DNA of 64,000 nucleotides from Gnetum montanum. Its lineage: Eukaryota; Plantae; Gnetophyta. A model generated the notes under the pieces. That model was not told the DNA's origin. It was given only the letters and a program-made list of their open reading frames with translations, and made no database searches. Numbering within the stretch: position 1 is the first letter of the stretch; each line of letters opens with the position of its first letter. A program made the position numbers and the translations under genes. Where the stretch lies: positions 483,314 through 547,313 of the forward strand of contig MNCI01000751.1 in assembly GCA_015680685.1 (NCBI GenBank), in the 5' to 3' direction. Below are positions 25,001-39,109 of the stretch, piece by piece.

Positions 25001-28000
25001 TTTGTAGTTGAGATGTTGTAGTTGAAATTTAGTTGTGTTTTAGGGGGGAAGACCAAAATTACCTAAATATATTGCCTAGTAGTAATATTTCAAAGCCTAG
25101 TACCCCCTCATAGTCTTTAGTAGCCTAGAATGACCTTAGAATGAGTCAATTCCATAGCCTATTCCACACTAGTGAATCCTCCCTCCATGTTATCTAACAT
25201 GGAGCTAACATGAAAACCTAGAGGGTATGCAAAAAAAAAAAAAACCTAAGTTATGACTCTGGTGATACCTAGACCCTGTTGGAACTCTCTAGAGGTTTCA
25301 AAGACCTTCAAAGTGATCAAAACTAGCATAAAACTATCATCCCCCTCTCATCCACACTAAGGCCATCATGCCCAACATGAAAGAAAGGGAGGAGATTTCA
25401 TGAGGCACCTAGGAGCCTCCAAATTGGTGAATCTTGATACCAAGCATCAGTCATTGACATTTGTGACCTTTGAGGTTGACATGCATGGTTGATTGGCTAT
25501 CGAATTAGCCTAGATATGAATTTCATAGTTCTTCCATGCTAGGGGAGACCTCTTCGATTCTGGCTAGCCTAGAAACTAGATGGATAGAGCTAAGAATGTT
25601 AGTGAGGGATTCTTAGATGTAAGCAAATAATGTCAAACTATCTAGTACTAATACCAGAACCTTAATAGCCTCTTTAGAAGCCATTATATTGTAAGAAATT
25701 AGCAAAAATCAATCTCCTAAGGTTCTTCTATGTTGGGAAGGATCTCCTCCATGTTGAAAATTCTAGTCTCAATGTGGGTAGAAGGGGAAAAGCCAAACCC
25801 ATTGAAATTTGCATGTAGTTTAACTTTTGGAAGTAGGCCAACCCTTTTGGAAGCCATAAGACTTTTGGAAATCACTAAAATGATCAAAACTTGTCCCCCT
25901 TGGGTTCTCCATGCTAGGAATGATCTCATCTATGCTATGCATTCTAGTCCTAGAGTGGATAGAGGGAGGGGGAGCCGAAAAATGCATTCACAAGCCTCAA
26001 AGTTACCAAATTCTAACCCTGGTCATTAATAGTCAACATCAGAAACCTTGTGGACACATTCATAGATAAAACTAGAAAAAACTAGCAAAAATAATGGTTT
26101 TGTTGTTCCTTAATGCTAGGATCCACCTCTTCCATTCTACCCAACATGGAAGTATGGGGGAAAACTTTGGGGGTGGGGACTCCAAAATAGTGCTTAAACA
26201 CCCTAAATAAATGTCAAAAAGCCTTTTGTGTACCCTAGTGTCCTATTTGTATCCCATGACCATAAGATTCATCAAAATTGATCATGAATAGTCAAAGACC
26301 CTCTTCCCCTAATCTTCCATGTTGAGAGTAGGAATCCCAATGTGGAAGAAAATGGGAATATCAAAAAACCATTTAACAACCCTTGAAATGATCAAATTTT
26401 GACACTAGGTAGTAGTAATCAATACTAGCAATTTTGGAGACCTACATGCATGGCTAGAAATGATAAAAATAGCAAAAAATAGTACACCGTAATGCTTCCA
26501 TGTTGCGACCCACCTCTTCCATGTTAGCTAACATTGAAAAAAGAGGAGGAGCCCAAAAAACCATCTAGAAAGCCTCCAAGTTGGCTAGTTTTAACCTTAG
26601 ACACTACTCTTGACCCTAGCAATTTGAGTAGCACACATGCATGGTCGATTGAGGCCAAAATTGGTTTAGATCTAAGATTTGTGATGCTTCCACACTTCCA
26701 TGCTAGCTAGTGTAGAGTATAAGGGGGAGGGGGACTCATTTTATACTTATAGACACCTTAGAATGACATCAAATGACCTTCATACACCTTAGAACCCTAT
26801 CAACATTCACTAGAGCCTTCAACCTTAGGAAACTAATCCCAAATGGCCAAAAAGATATTCCCTCTAGTTTTCCATGCTGAGCATAGTATCCACAATGTGG
26901 AAGAAATGGAGGAAGCTTAAAAAACATTTAGAAACACTGAAAAATACCAACATTTGATCTCTAACCCTAGCTCTTGCCTCGATAGCTTCGGTAGCTAACT
27001 TGCGTAGTTGATTGTAATTCAAATTGGCCTAGATCTAGGATTCTTGTTCCATCCATGCTAGAGAAGGTCCCTTCTATGTTGGGTATTGTGAAAATAAAAG
27101 GGAAAAGCTTCTTTCCTACTTTTGGTTGTAAGATGACACTCTTGGAGACCAAGAATGTACACTAGAGAAGCCTAGGATCTCATAGCCTTGAAATTATGTT
27201 TAGTTTACTTTGTTTTGGTCCTCTAAACTCATTCTCCCTTGTCTTTCACATTGGATTAACTTCCTTAGCATGGAAATAGGGGAGGGGGTGAGACCTTAGA
27301 TACCCTTGCATGACCTCCAAATATAACCAAAATTACCCAAAAACTTGCAAATCATGATCTATAGCCCTAGGAGCCTAGGACCTTGGTCAATGTGATCCCA
27401 AATCATCCTAAATTCATGGAACAATGGCCCCCCCAGTCTTCCATGCTAAGGATGCTATGATCATTGTGGAAGAATGGGGGAAGCCTTTTCAACATGTTTT
27501 AACACCCAAAACTAGCTAAAATGGTCTCAAAATGAAGCTAGAGGATGCACAACTTCCAGATCTGGGTTTTAGTTGCCTATTTGACCATGTTTGATCCTAT
27601 TTTTTCCTGGATTTTGGTTTTCCATGTTGATCCCCCATTCTTCCATGCTAGCTAGTGTGGATACAAGGATGGGNTGACTTCTAGAGTGCCTAATTTTGAT
27701 AGATTTGGCCCTACATTGCCTTAGGAAGGCCCTAAAATCTTAATGGATCTTTGGATGTCCCAAAATCTAGTTTCCCTGGTTTCCCTATTGAGGGTTCCTT
27801 CTTCCACACTAGCTAGCATGGATATAAGGGGGGCCCAACGTGGAAGCCTCAAAACTCTTAATTTCTAGGTTTAAACAGGCCAGAAACAACCTTGACTAAT
27901 GCCCAAACTTATCTAACAGCCTTGTAGCCTCAAACTATGACCTACTAACACCTAAAACTAGCAAAATATAATCCCTTTTAACCTATACTAGCCAAGTTTG

Positions 28001-28550
28001 ACCATATGTAGCCTAATTCTCTTAATTTAGCCTTATTACATGATGTTTCGACTTGTTTTTAGCCTTGCGTTGCATTGTTGACCTTATTAATTGCCTTATT
28101 GCCTTTATATAGTCTTATATGTTCTTTATGTTTCTTATTGTAAACTTATTTTCCTTTATTTAGGATTTGATTTGTATCAAATAGTGGGGTTTGGCCTTCT
28201 CTAACCACCATTTGACACCATGTGACCATGGCCCACTATGACCTTAAACTAGCATCATGACTTGCTATGGTCTTAAACTAGCATCATGGCTTACTAAGGC
28301 CTAAAATTGGGAGAATTTTGATAATTATTGATCATTTCTAGCCTTATTTCTCATAGTTCCCTTTGTTTAACCTTTATTTGGCCCTTATTACACTTTGTTT
28401 GCTTGCTTTTACCCCATTTATAGCCTTGGATAACATTTTTTGCATTAGAATAGCATGTATTTGCATACTTTTATAGAATTTTAGCATTGTTTATGCACTT
28501 TTACCTAAGTGTCACTTAATATGATTTTGGTTGACATGCAAGATTAAAGT

Positions 28551-31500
28551 ATGAGTACCTGGGACTATATTAGTCTTCCTTTGAACTTGAGTGGGCCTCA
28601 TAGTAATGTAGAATGGTACAATGATCTTGATTGCCTAGATCTTGAGCTTGAGAGTCTTGTCGACTGCATAGCCTCAATAGAAAAACCTCTAGAATGGCCT
28701 GAAAACATAGTAAAACCCATTGACTTAGAGGTGGGTGACATAACTGAAGATTCTTTAGTTGAGGTTCCTATCACAACACAGAGTGGTGAGGAGAAAATTC
28801 TTAAACTAAGTTTCTCATTGAAACCTCAATAGGTTCATTAAGGTCTTTGCTTGGTCATATGAAGATATGCTAGGCCTAGACCTTTGTTTGATCTAGCATA
28901 ACATCATACTAGACCTTAGCATTAGACTGGTTAAGTAAAAAGTGCATAAGATTAGACCTGATTCGGCCTTGGTAGTTCATGTTAGATCTAAAATCTATAC
29001 CAAGATGGTTTCATTAGGGCTGTTAACTATGCATAATGGGTGTCCAACATAGTGGTCGTTCCTAAGAAAAATAGTAGTATCCATATTTTCATTGAATTTT
29101 GAGACCTAAATAAAGAAACTAGCAAGGATGACTTTTGTTTACCTTGTTTATAGTAATTATTGATACTATGGCTAGACATGCTTTGTTGTTCTTTATGAAT
29201 AGATTTTTGGGATATAACCAAATTCGGATAAACCAAGAACACTAACTTAGCATAAGCTCATGACCCTTTGGAGGATCTTTTGCTACACCATGATGTTCTT
29301 TGGCCTTAAGAACATGGGAGCAACCTATTAATGATCCATGACCTATATCTTTAGCAATTACATGTTAGGTGTGCTTAATGATTACATAGACAATATAGTC
29401 ATTAAGTCCAAAGTGGCTAGTGATCATGCTAATGAACTAGATCATATGCTTAAATGATGCCTCAAGTATGAACTTAGGTTCAATCCCAAGAAATGTATCT
29501 TCAATGTTAATACCAATAAGATGCTTGGATTTGTAGTGTCTAAAGTAGGGATATGTGTTAATCTTGATAAGGTTAAGGCCATATCCAAGTTAGTAGCACC
29601 CAAAAATCTTAAGGATCTTTGGGGATTATAAGGTAGTTTACAGTTTATTTGTAGGTTTATTGCTAGGCTTACAGATAAATTACAATCCATGCAACACTTG
29701 CTTAAGAAAGAGATTCACTATGAGTGGATGGCTCAATGCCAAGAGGCCTTTGAAAACCTTATGTAATAGTTGGCACAACTATTGATAATCTATCCTCTAC
29801 AAGAGGGTAAACCATTTTACATCTATCTTGCCATCTCTAACACACCCATTGCTTCTCTACTCTATCAAAAATCTGATGATGAAGTAGAGATGCTAGTACA
29901 TTACCATAGCATGCATTAGTGGCCCATGAGACCTAATACATTGAAGTGGAGAAGTATTGTCTAGCACTAGTCTTCTCATTAGAAGTAGAGACACTACCTC
30001 TTTAGAAGCCAAGTTAACATCATTTGCAAAGATAACATGCTCAAAGCCATAATGATCAATATATATGAGAGTAGCCTTATAGCCCGATGGAAAGCCATAA
30101 TCGCAAAGTTTGACATTCATTATATCTTTCAATCCTCAATGAAAGGTCAAGCTATAACCATACAACATAGAGCTTCATCTATTGATGACCAAGTAGCCAT
30201 AGATCCTAAATTACCTAATGAATACATTAACATTGTTAGCTAAGTGCCTAAGGGTTATGAGGTGGTTATGAACTTTGATGTAGCTTCAATTGCCCATGGG
30301 GCTAGTGCCACTGCCATCATAACATTCCCATATAATGAAATCCAATCCTTTGCCTATCATTTTTAGTTTCCATGCACCAACAACATAGCAGAGTATGAGG
30401 GTTTGATTAGAGGGATGATGGTAGCTTGTGACCTAGGAATTCGATGCTTAATGATTAAAGGAGATTCAAAACTTTTGGGTAACCAAGTAATTGAAGTCTA
30501 TGTATGTAAAGAAAAATAGTTACAACCTTATTATGACCTAGGGAAGAAACTATTACAACAATTCATAGACATTGATATCCAACACATACCCTGAAATGAG
30601 AATGCCATAGCTGATGCCATTGCAACATTAGTCCTCAATGTGACACTAGATGTGTTTAGTAAGTTACCCACCTTAACTGTTGACTATGCTATTCCCATCA
30701 TGTAAAATGCTGAGGATACTTTTGTGGTCGTAGTTCATACTACTCTTGGCATGGAGTGGTGTGATGATATCAAATTTTACCTTATGCATGAAGAATTCTC
30801 ATAATGCCTAACTACTACTCAAAAGGATGTTGTATGAAAATTCTCCAAGTAGCATGTCACCATAGGTGATAAAACATTATTTCAATAATCCTATGATGGC
30901 ATATTACTAAAGTGCTTAGGTATAACCAAAGCTAGAATAGTCCTAGAGGAGGTTCATGAAGGTCTTTATCGAGAACATATAGGACCTAGAGCTATGGCAA
31001 CTAAGATTAGATGGTTAGGTTACTACTAGTCCCATATGGAAAGTGACTACATGTAGAAGGTTAAGCAATGTGACATGTGCCAATGGCATAGTAACCTTAT
31101 ACATGTGTCATTAATTGAGTTGCATACAACTTAAATCACATGGTCATTTCATTGATGGGGGTTGGATATCATTGGACCTATAACACCCAAGTCTTCCGTA
31201 GGGCATAGCTTCATGATCACTATAATCAAATACTTCACCAAGTGGATTGAGGTTATTCTCCTAAGAAAGACTACATTTGACTAAGTCTAAAAATTTATCC
31301 TAGATAACATTGTAACCCATTTTAGCATACCCATGACCATAGTTATAGATAATAGACCATAATTTAGTAGCCATAAAGTGAAAGATTTTTGTCACAACCT
31401 AGGCATTAAGCATTCTTTTTCATCATCTTATTACCCTCAAGACAAGGGGCAAGCAGAAGCTAGTAATAAAGCCATCATCAACTTACTTAAGAAGATGCTT

Positions 31501-31998
31501 AACAATAGTACTCGCAAATGGCATGAGTGGCTTGTCCATGCACTATGGGCCTACAGAATGACCTATTTCATGAAAACTAATGTAACCCCTGATAGGCTGG
31601 TCTATGGTTTTGAAGTTGTTTTACCTCTTGAATTGTAGGTTCCATCACTTTGGGTAGCATTGAATAACTTCATTGGTGATGAATAGAACAAGGATTTGCA
31701 GATAGTAGCCCTAGACTTAGTGGAAGAGTAGCATATGCAAGCACTTGCTCATATCAAACACTATCAAGAGAGGCAGAGGTCGTAGTATCACCATAACTTA
31801 ACCAAGAGTAAGATCAAGGAGGGTAACTTGGTCTTCAAAGCCATTCATGAGCATGTAGACAAATTCTCAACCAACTGGAAAGGGCACTTTCTTTTCACCA
31901 GAGCCTATAGTAATGGAGAATTTAGGATAGACAATATGGATGGGAATGAGTTGGCTAATATAGTTAACCATTCCTATCTGAAACCATATTACACATAG
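28551..31998 (+). pseudogene. pol: pol (RT-RH-aRH-INT) of E3, heavily degenerate
   Basis: MSTWDYISLPLNLSGP start, RT FNPKKC, aRH TNNIAEYEGL, integrase SSSYYPQDKGQAEASNK, LWAYRMT and NWKG. Many stops. Confidence 0.93.
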
Positions 31999-32034
31999 CC
32001 AATGATCATCAAATAGTGGGCCTACTTACAATGA

Positions 32035-32172
32035 TCTTCTAGGGCCTAAAATTGGTGACACAAGGTGCCGAGGCCTGAAACTAGCACCATGGTCTACTAT
32101 GACCTTAAACTAGCACCATGACTTGCAAGGGCCTTAAACTAGTACTATGGCTTGCCATGGACTTAAACTAGA
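32035..32172. repeat. GGCCTTAAACTAGCACCAT array downstream of pol
   Basis: About five copies; reverse complement of the E1/E2 array motif. Confidence 0.85.
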
Positions 32173-33035
32173 AACATTGGTGACCTTGATAGCTTGGTTT
32201 TCTTATCCTCTTGGATTTTTGTTTGTAGGATAAAGCCTAAAGTCATCACAAGGGTGCAACTCATTATAGCAACAAGTCATCATGTGACCTCAATGTGTAA
32301 GATCTAGTGAATTTTTCCTACTTTGGAAAGAGTGCTTATACCATTTCCCTCAATCTAACACTTCTCCTTAAGCCCAACCTCGTAGCCTAGTTATAACCTT
32401 CCATACCTTGGAAAACAACATAACATATGTTCACCACTCATGCACTATAACCATATGATATTTGTTCATCATGCTCCATCCTCAAGTCCACTTGAATGTA
32501 ATAGAATTAATTTACTAGGAAGACATTCATTCCATTGAACATAACACATCTTGTTTAGTGGAAAAGCCATTAAGTCCATCAAGCATAATGCATCTCACTC
32601 AATGGGATAATACCCAAGTTTATTGAGTGTAACACAACTCAATCAACTGGAAAACTATGTCAAACTAGCCCTAGTAATGAGATTGAATGAAGGCCTCGCC
32701 CTATAAAAAATGAAAATAAAACAAGGGAAAGTAAATTGTGAGGAGATCAAATGGCCAAATGGAGCCTTAAAGCCCAATGGCCAAAGAAATGTTGGAGCAA
32801 AGTGATTGGATCCTCAAACACATTTGCCAGATGACCAATACTTCAAAACATGTTAATACCATCTTATAGCCATGATGTCAACATTTCAAATGCATTGTTA
32901 GCCCTCATAATCATTTTTTTGTAACCTCAACATCATTATCTCATCATGATAGCCTCATCCCATCATTACAAACACTCTTTGACATGTTTTGACATGCCTG
33001 GATCAAGCATGGAGAGGGAAGACCAGTGGTGGATT

Positions 33036-34519
33036 TGTAGTGGTGTTTTGTATTCTTTATCAGTACCTATAAGGTCAATTCTCTAGACATCAACAAAACA
33101 CCACAAAAATTTGCATGTTCTAATCAATTGTCATCATGTAGCCTTCACCCCATGAAACCCAAGGTAAAAATTTGTTGTAAATGTGAAGATTGTAATCCAT
33201 GATGGCTAATATCACATATTTAATACTTTTAGGGCTTGAAAAATGCCTCATTAGTGGTCAAAGCATCATTCTCCAAGTGAAAAAAGTTATCTAGTGTCTA
33301 TATTTGAGATTGGGGAGGTGGGGGGGAGGCGGGGTTGGGGGGTGTCAGGGGTTCAAAAACACATTTTGGGATGCCAAATATGGTAATTTGATGGGTTTTA
33401 TGTAGGGTATACACTTTTCTACATTGGAAATAACTATAGGGGATAAATCTCACCTACCCCTAGCATGTAGAGGTGGGGGTTTCCTCCTCAATGTGGAAGC
33501 TTCCCCCTAGCTTGGAAACTACATGCCCCTAGCATGGAAGCTACATGAGGAAGATTTTTGCACTCTAATGACCTCAAAGTTGACTAACCACTTCAACAAA
33601 GATGGTAGATGGCTCAGTGTGGAAGATCTACCTCCAACATAGAAGGTATCTCCCCATTACTATTTATGGTAAATGGAATGGCCATGGGGGGTTTAGCACT
33701 TACTATATATGATAACCGCCCAAATTTGGGCATCCATCTCACTTGTACAAGGTAGAAATTTACATCAATTTGCAACCAATATGTTATTTGATTTGTAGAA
33801 AAAAACATGAACTAAAACCTATAAAACCAAAACCCCAACACATCTTTTAGGTTCCACACTATTGTAGTTTCAAGCATATAGTAATTTTGGCTTCTAAGAG
33901 CTCTTGCAACCTTGTAGAAATGTAACTTCTTAGAGCCTCCCAGCATGGAACCCTTGAAACCCTATTACCTCCTTTGTAGCCCCACTAAGACTTGTGGATT
34001 TTTGGTGTCAACATTGCATTTTTGGGACTTCCAACCCCCAGCATGTAGCAATCTAGCAGCCAAATTTCTGACTTTTTTCACCCCCCAATAGTGACTCAAC
34101 TTGTGGATTTGAAGTTGTAGCAATAGAGATTCGAAAGGATCATGAGTGGCTTAGTACCTAGATTGTGGAGTAGATCACATAAGCTTTAATGAGATTTGAA
34201 CTCTTGCCCTAGTGAATTTCCTTTTGCTCTCTCACTGGCATTTCTTATACACATTTATGAAATTCATTTTTATTATTTCAATAAAGTTTTAAAATTTCAT
34301 TTTATGTGCAATCTACATTTTCTTTCTATTTTATAGATCTATAATTTTTGTACTATATTTTATCAATTCATTATTTTGCATTTCATATGTCCTTGTATGA
34401 TCTATTGGATTGTCTAGGGCATCTAGAATTCCATTTTTTAGAGGCCCTAGGGATTCTAGGTTTAGGCTACTACACTGAATCTTTCAATTTTTCAGCAATT
34501 TATTTTTCTAGTTGCAACA
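33036..34519 (+). repeat. 3' LTR of E3
   Basis: TGTAGTGGTG...TTGCAACA, with purine tract GGAGAGGGAAGA at ~33011. Homology to 56377-57934 starts and stops at these points. Confidence 0.75.
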
Positions 34520-35381
34520 ACCACCTAATCATTTAATGCCATCAATGCTCATGGAAGCATGTATGAAGGTTGAACTTGAAGTAGCTATTGATGACTATAG
34601 GATGGTTGATGAGATGTTCAAGTGCTATCAGTCTACTAAAGCCTAACTTTGCAAGGACCATTTCATGAAGGTATGCCATGAAGTAGCAAAGGGGACTACC
34701 ATCCCATTGGCATTACAGTATGAAAAGGACAGTTATTATCATTTAGGTAGATATAATCATCAAAAGTCTCCTCTTTTCAATGTAGATGTTATGAAAAATT
34801 CATGGCTATGTTTAGCATTGGAAAGCAACCTAGAAAAGAGGAGAGTAGAAACCAACATCAGGAGGGCCTCTAGGCCTAGGCCTTTTACCCATCTAGAGAT
34901 AAGCAAAGGGGTTATGGAAGGAGAGAAAGTTGACATGGCTCTCCTAGTTCTTCATCATCCTCATCATCATCATCGTCAAGCTCTAATGATGATAAGCATG
35001 GCCAAGGAAGAAGAGGTAATGATAGATGACCTAATAAAAATGATAGAAAAGACCATCACATAGGTGAAGGTAGAGATGGTAGATGACATCAAGAGATAGG
35101 GCATAGATAGGAGAGAAGGCATAGTAGGTATTGTCACATTTCATCATAATATAAAGTAGGATATAGAATTTTTAATTTTATATAATGATGGGAGACTCAA
35201 AATTAACAAATAAAATTAGTTGATTAGCTTGTTTTCCAAATACATTTCTATAAGGCTAAACCTTTTATAACTAAAGTATGCTTGAAGCCATAGAAGAGTG
35301 ATAGTATTGAAAGATCAAATTGAAGTTTTGATAAAATGCAACTAAAATTGGAGTTAAGTAATGGTTTTTTAAAAAAACATG

Positions 35382-35463
35382 TGATTCTTAGAAAGGTCCT
35401 TGGCATAATATGCTCAAGTTATAGGTGTGAGCCTTATTATGCCAAGGACCTTTCTAAGAATCA
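35382..35463. repeat. Perfect 29-bp inverted repeat with 24-nt spacer
   Basis: TGATTCTTAGAAAGGTCCTTGGCATAATA (35382-35410) and its exact reverse complement (35435-35463). Confidence 0.95.
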
Positions 35464-37344
35464 TAAGAGTAAGCTATATTATTAAGTTTTTATGAAGCTT
35501 AAAGTTACTAAACAAGGTGATGAGTTTGATCTTTAAAATAAAAAAATGCTATGGGTCACATTCATGAAGCTAAGCCTAATTTTTGAAGAAGCTCAAAGGT
35601 TGAAGTTTAAAGATTATTCCATAATAAAAGCATATACGTTAAGATCTTGGCTATTATTCATAAGAATTGGTTGTTGGAAGGTAGGTGTTTGAGAAATTAG
35701 CTTGAAATAATTTAAATCACTTTTGAAAAAGCAATTCTTCTATGAGTTAAGTCATGTATGATGTTATGTTGATAGTGGGCCTTTTCATCTAGATTCTTTA
35801 CAAACCATCTAGAAGAAAATGGACTTATACAAGAAGTAAAAGACATTTGCTTATCTTGGATCAACAAGAATGATATCTAGTAGAACCAGACAAAGATATC
35901 TCCTAAAAAACATATGATTTAAAATGCTACTATAATGAAAAGTGCCTGATGGGGTAAATATGATTCTTGAAAGCCATGACACATCAACACTGAGAAAACT
36001 ATCCACATGGTTTAGATGATGTTGAGAAGCTCATGATTCTAGAGGGCCACATAAGTAAGAGGATAAGCCTCATCTTTTTCAAAAGATAACATAATGCATA
36101 GCAAGCCAAAATCATCTAGATGGGTATTAGTTAATGCATATATAAAAATAAGATTTGAAGAAAGGATAAAAGAAATGTGATCAAAAAGGATTTTAATCCA
36201 TATCAGTGGCTTAAGAATAGGAATAGAAAAATTGGTATGAAAGAAATCAACTCATAAAAAGACATGTGATTTGTGACAACATACCTAGCCACATTAGTAG
36301 CAAAAGGCAAAGCCTAGCTTTTTTGTTATACATATGTTGGGTAGAATTCATCTAGATGATTTCAAAATATCTTGACAAAATTTACGAAATACATGATTAT
36401 AAAGCTTAGATTTTGATTATTAGGCAATTAACTACCATGTCACTGACCATGAAATCATCTAAATAAAACTTAAAGTATTTAGATGAATTAGATGCTTTAG
36501 AAATTTAAAAAGCTCAAGTGTAAGCTCATTTAAAAGCCATGCCATCATATATAAAGGATGAGCTATGTTGTTTCTATAAAAGAACATGCAATTTAATGAA
36601 GCCCTAATGAACAAAGGCATTTAGATAAAATTGGATTCATCTAGATGCTTTCTAAGACCACATCAACACTTAAGCTTATAGTGCTATACAAAGTGAAATT
36701 TGTCTAGATGATTGTGAATCATCTAGATACTATCACTCATAAGCTAGAGTAGGCATTTTAAGGTCAAAATTTCAAAGAAAAGCTAATATTAGCTTGTATG
36801 AAATGAAATCCTAATAAAAAAATGTGATTTAAAATCGAGCCCAATCTCCATGTTAGGATAGAGCCCATCTTGATTTTAGCACATAGCCTATGTAGATGAT
36901 ATCATAAACATCTAGATGAATTTGAAGGGCTACATATGATTAAAATATCTTGTTAAACATAAGATTAAAAGAACATAAAATTAAGCCATAACATCAATGC
37001 TAAAAAGAGGCCTTTTAAAACAAAAGCTTAAATCCAAGAGTTAATAGGAAATTAGATTTTTCCCTATAAAGCCATTAAAATCGTAGAGCTCAAGCATACA
37101 TTACACTAAAGGCCATTGAAAAATTAAGAAATGATCCAAAAAACCTAAACCAATGAGTTTAGTCACTCAAGTTAACCATCAAAAGTGATGTCAAAAAGCC
37201 ATTTTCAGATGAATCAAGATTCTAACTATGGAAAGAAAAGAATCAATGCTAAAATTTTAGGATGTAGATGCAATTTTTTAGAGTATGTACTAGAGAGAGG
37301 GGTACATAATTTTGATTTGTGGTGATGGGTAGAAACGATGGGAA

Positions 37345-37900
37345 GCTTAATTGAGGAGACTGAGGAAGGTGAACTCTTCCAAATTAATGAAGAACATCAG
37401 TATGTAGAAGATCTTAAGCTAAGTTTCTTTAAAGGTATGTTTCAATGGTGTTAATTCCCTAGAAAATTAGGGATACATAGAATTAGCTTTAGACCCATTG
37501 CAAACATCATCAAAGATACTATAAATTTGGTTATTGTGGAAATTGAGTTTGAAAAAGGTAAGCTTAAGTTGAAGAAAGCCTCATAATACTACATAGATCT
37601 AACTTTGAAGGGATGCTATGAAATTTATGGGCTTCCCAAAGTAGGGATGGGTCCTACAAAAATTAACACCATGCTTATGGTAATGCACCAAGGGAGATTT
37701 ATTCAACACTTAAAATCTAGAAAATTGATTAAGCTAGAGGCATCAAAATTGGCCAATTTTTTTGGGGTACAAGCAAACTATACTAGGTATTACAGAGCTA
37801 TGCATCCCTTATAGGATTTTTGCAAATGATTTAGCTTTCTATTTGAGTTGTAATATGGATGTTATCAAAGAATAGGACTTGTTTATAATGGACGTTGTAG
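37345..37900 (+). pseudogene. PMD/plant-transposon-protein-like ORF remnant
   Basis: YIDLTLKGCYEIYGLPKVG resembles the ITLxDVxxIxGLPxxG motif of plant mobile domains. Confidence 0.35.
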
Positions 37901-39109
37901 AAAATAGTATGAGCTTCTATACTATATAGTATATGTATAATAATTTGCATAGTAGTTTGTCTTTATTGGATAAGCCCAAATTTTCATTTTTAGTGAAGTT
38001 TTTTTTTGTTAGATTTGATTCTAGATAAAGTTTCTAGCCCCAAGAGATTAGTTTCATAATTTCTTGTTATGCTAAGATTCAACCAATAAGAGTTGATGAG
38101 CCTGTATATGATTTCTTCCTAGTCATTTATAGAATGGAATTTATGGAGCCTCAAGTATTAGAATTTTTGATGAATTGTATTTATCCTTACATATTTGAAT
38201 TCTTATTAGAACATTTCCAACAAGAATTGAGCTCAAAGTAATTAGGAAAATTTAGTAATAGTGTGGAGGAAGAATTCTCTTACATGTAAATTATACCATA
38301 TTTTAATAGGAGGAATAGATGAAAATGCTAGAAGGCTATCAAGGTTTGTTATACCATATTTGATAGCTTCAAAAATTGGTAGGTAGATGAAGTATAGTGC
38401 TTTAAAGAATGATTATCCTCTAAATATTGGCTACTCAAAGTTTACCAATGGTAGCCACATTATGGGGATAGCCTCAAAATACATGAATTATGTTCTACCA
38501 GTCCATCCTTATAGGTATTATAATATTTTGAAGTTCAAGAAGGTTCATCAAGTTGATGATACAAACCTTGCATGCTACTAGGAGACAAATAGGATTGTTA
38601 ATAAAACAAAGATTTAGTCTAAGCTAGAGCTCCCAAGAAGCTTATCACTACCTTTGAAAGAGGAGCTATGTGATTTCTATGGTCTTAGTACTTTTGGATG
38701 GCTAGTAGGTTGGGAAGATGTTTTAACCTAAGATTTTTAAAATTATCAAATTTCTATTATGGAGGAAAATTATTTTTCATTAAAATTTAATCAAGAATAT
38801 AAAGCCTTTAGATATCTCGAATACCATTACAACCATTCATAATACATAAGAATGAATGAAGCATGAGTAGCAAGGCTAGAACAATTAGGACACTCATTTC
38901 TTCAATAAGTATAGAATAGATAGCTTAGAACAATAGGAAAAATTAATGGCTATGAAAAGATTGATAGCTATGGTTAGTGCTAACTTTTCATCAAGCTATT
39001 TGATAAGAGGCTCATCAAAAAAAGTTAACATAAATAGGGAGGAAGGTCGAGTCAAAGAAATTCTATTGACTCCATTGTGCATATTGATGTCATCCTTCAA
39101 TATAATTAT

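Larger units (their letters stand above)
25000..34519 (+). mobile_element. Tat-lineage element E3, 3' half (spacer, pol, 3' LTR)
   Basis: Collinear with 49100-57934 (E5). Confidence 0.85.
34520..39109 (+). mobile_element. Unclassified, highly decayed transposon relic
   Basis: Fragmented coding-like tracts, recurrent CATCTAGATG palindromes at 35780-36920, and a PMD-like remnant. Confidence 0.4.

Noticed and set aside
35438-35450. miR169-like GCCAAGGA in the hairpin arm
   Set aside because: Only 8 nt match; the rest differs from miR169.
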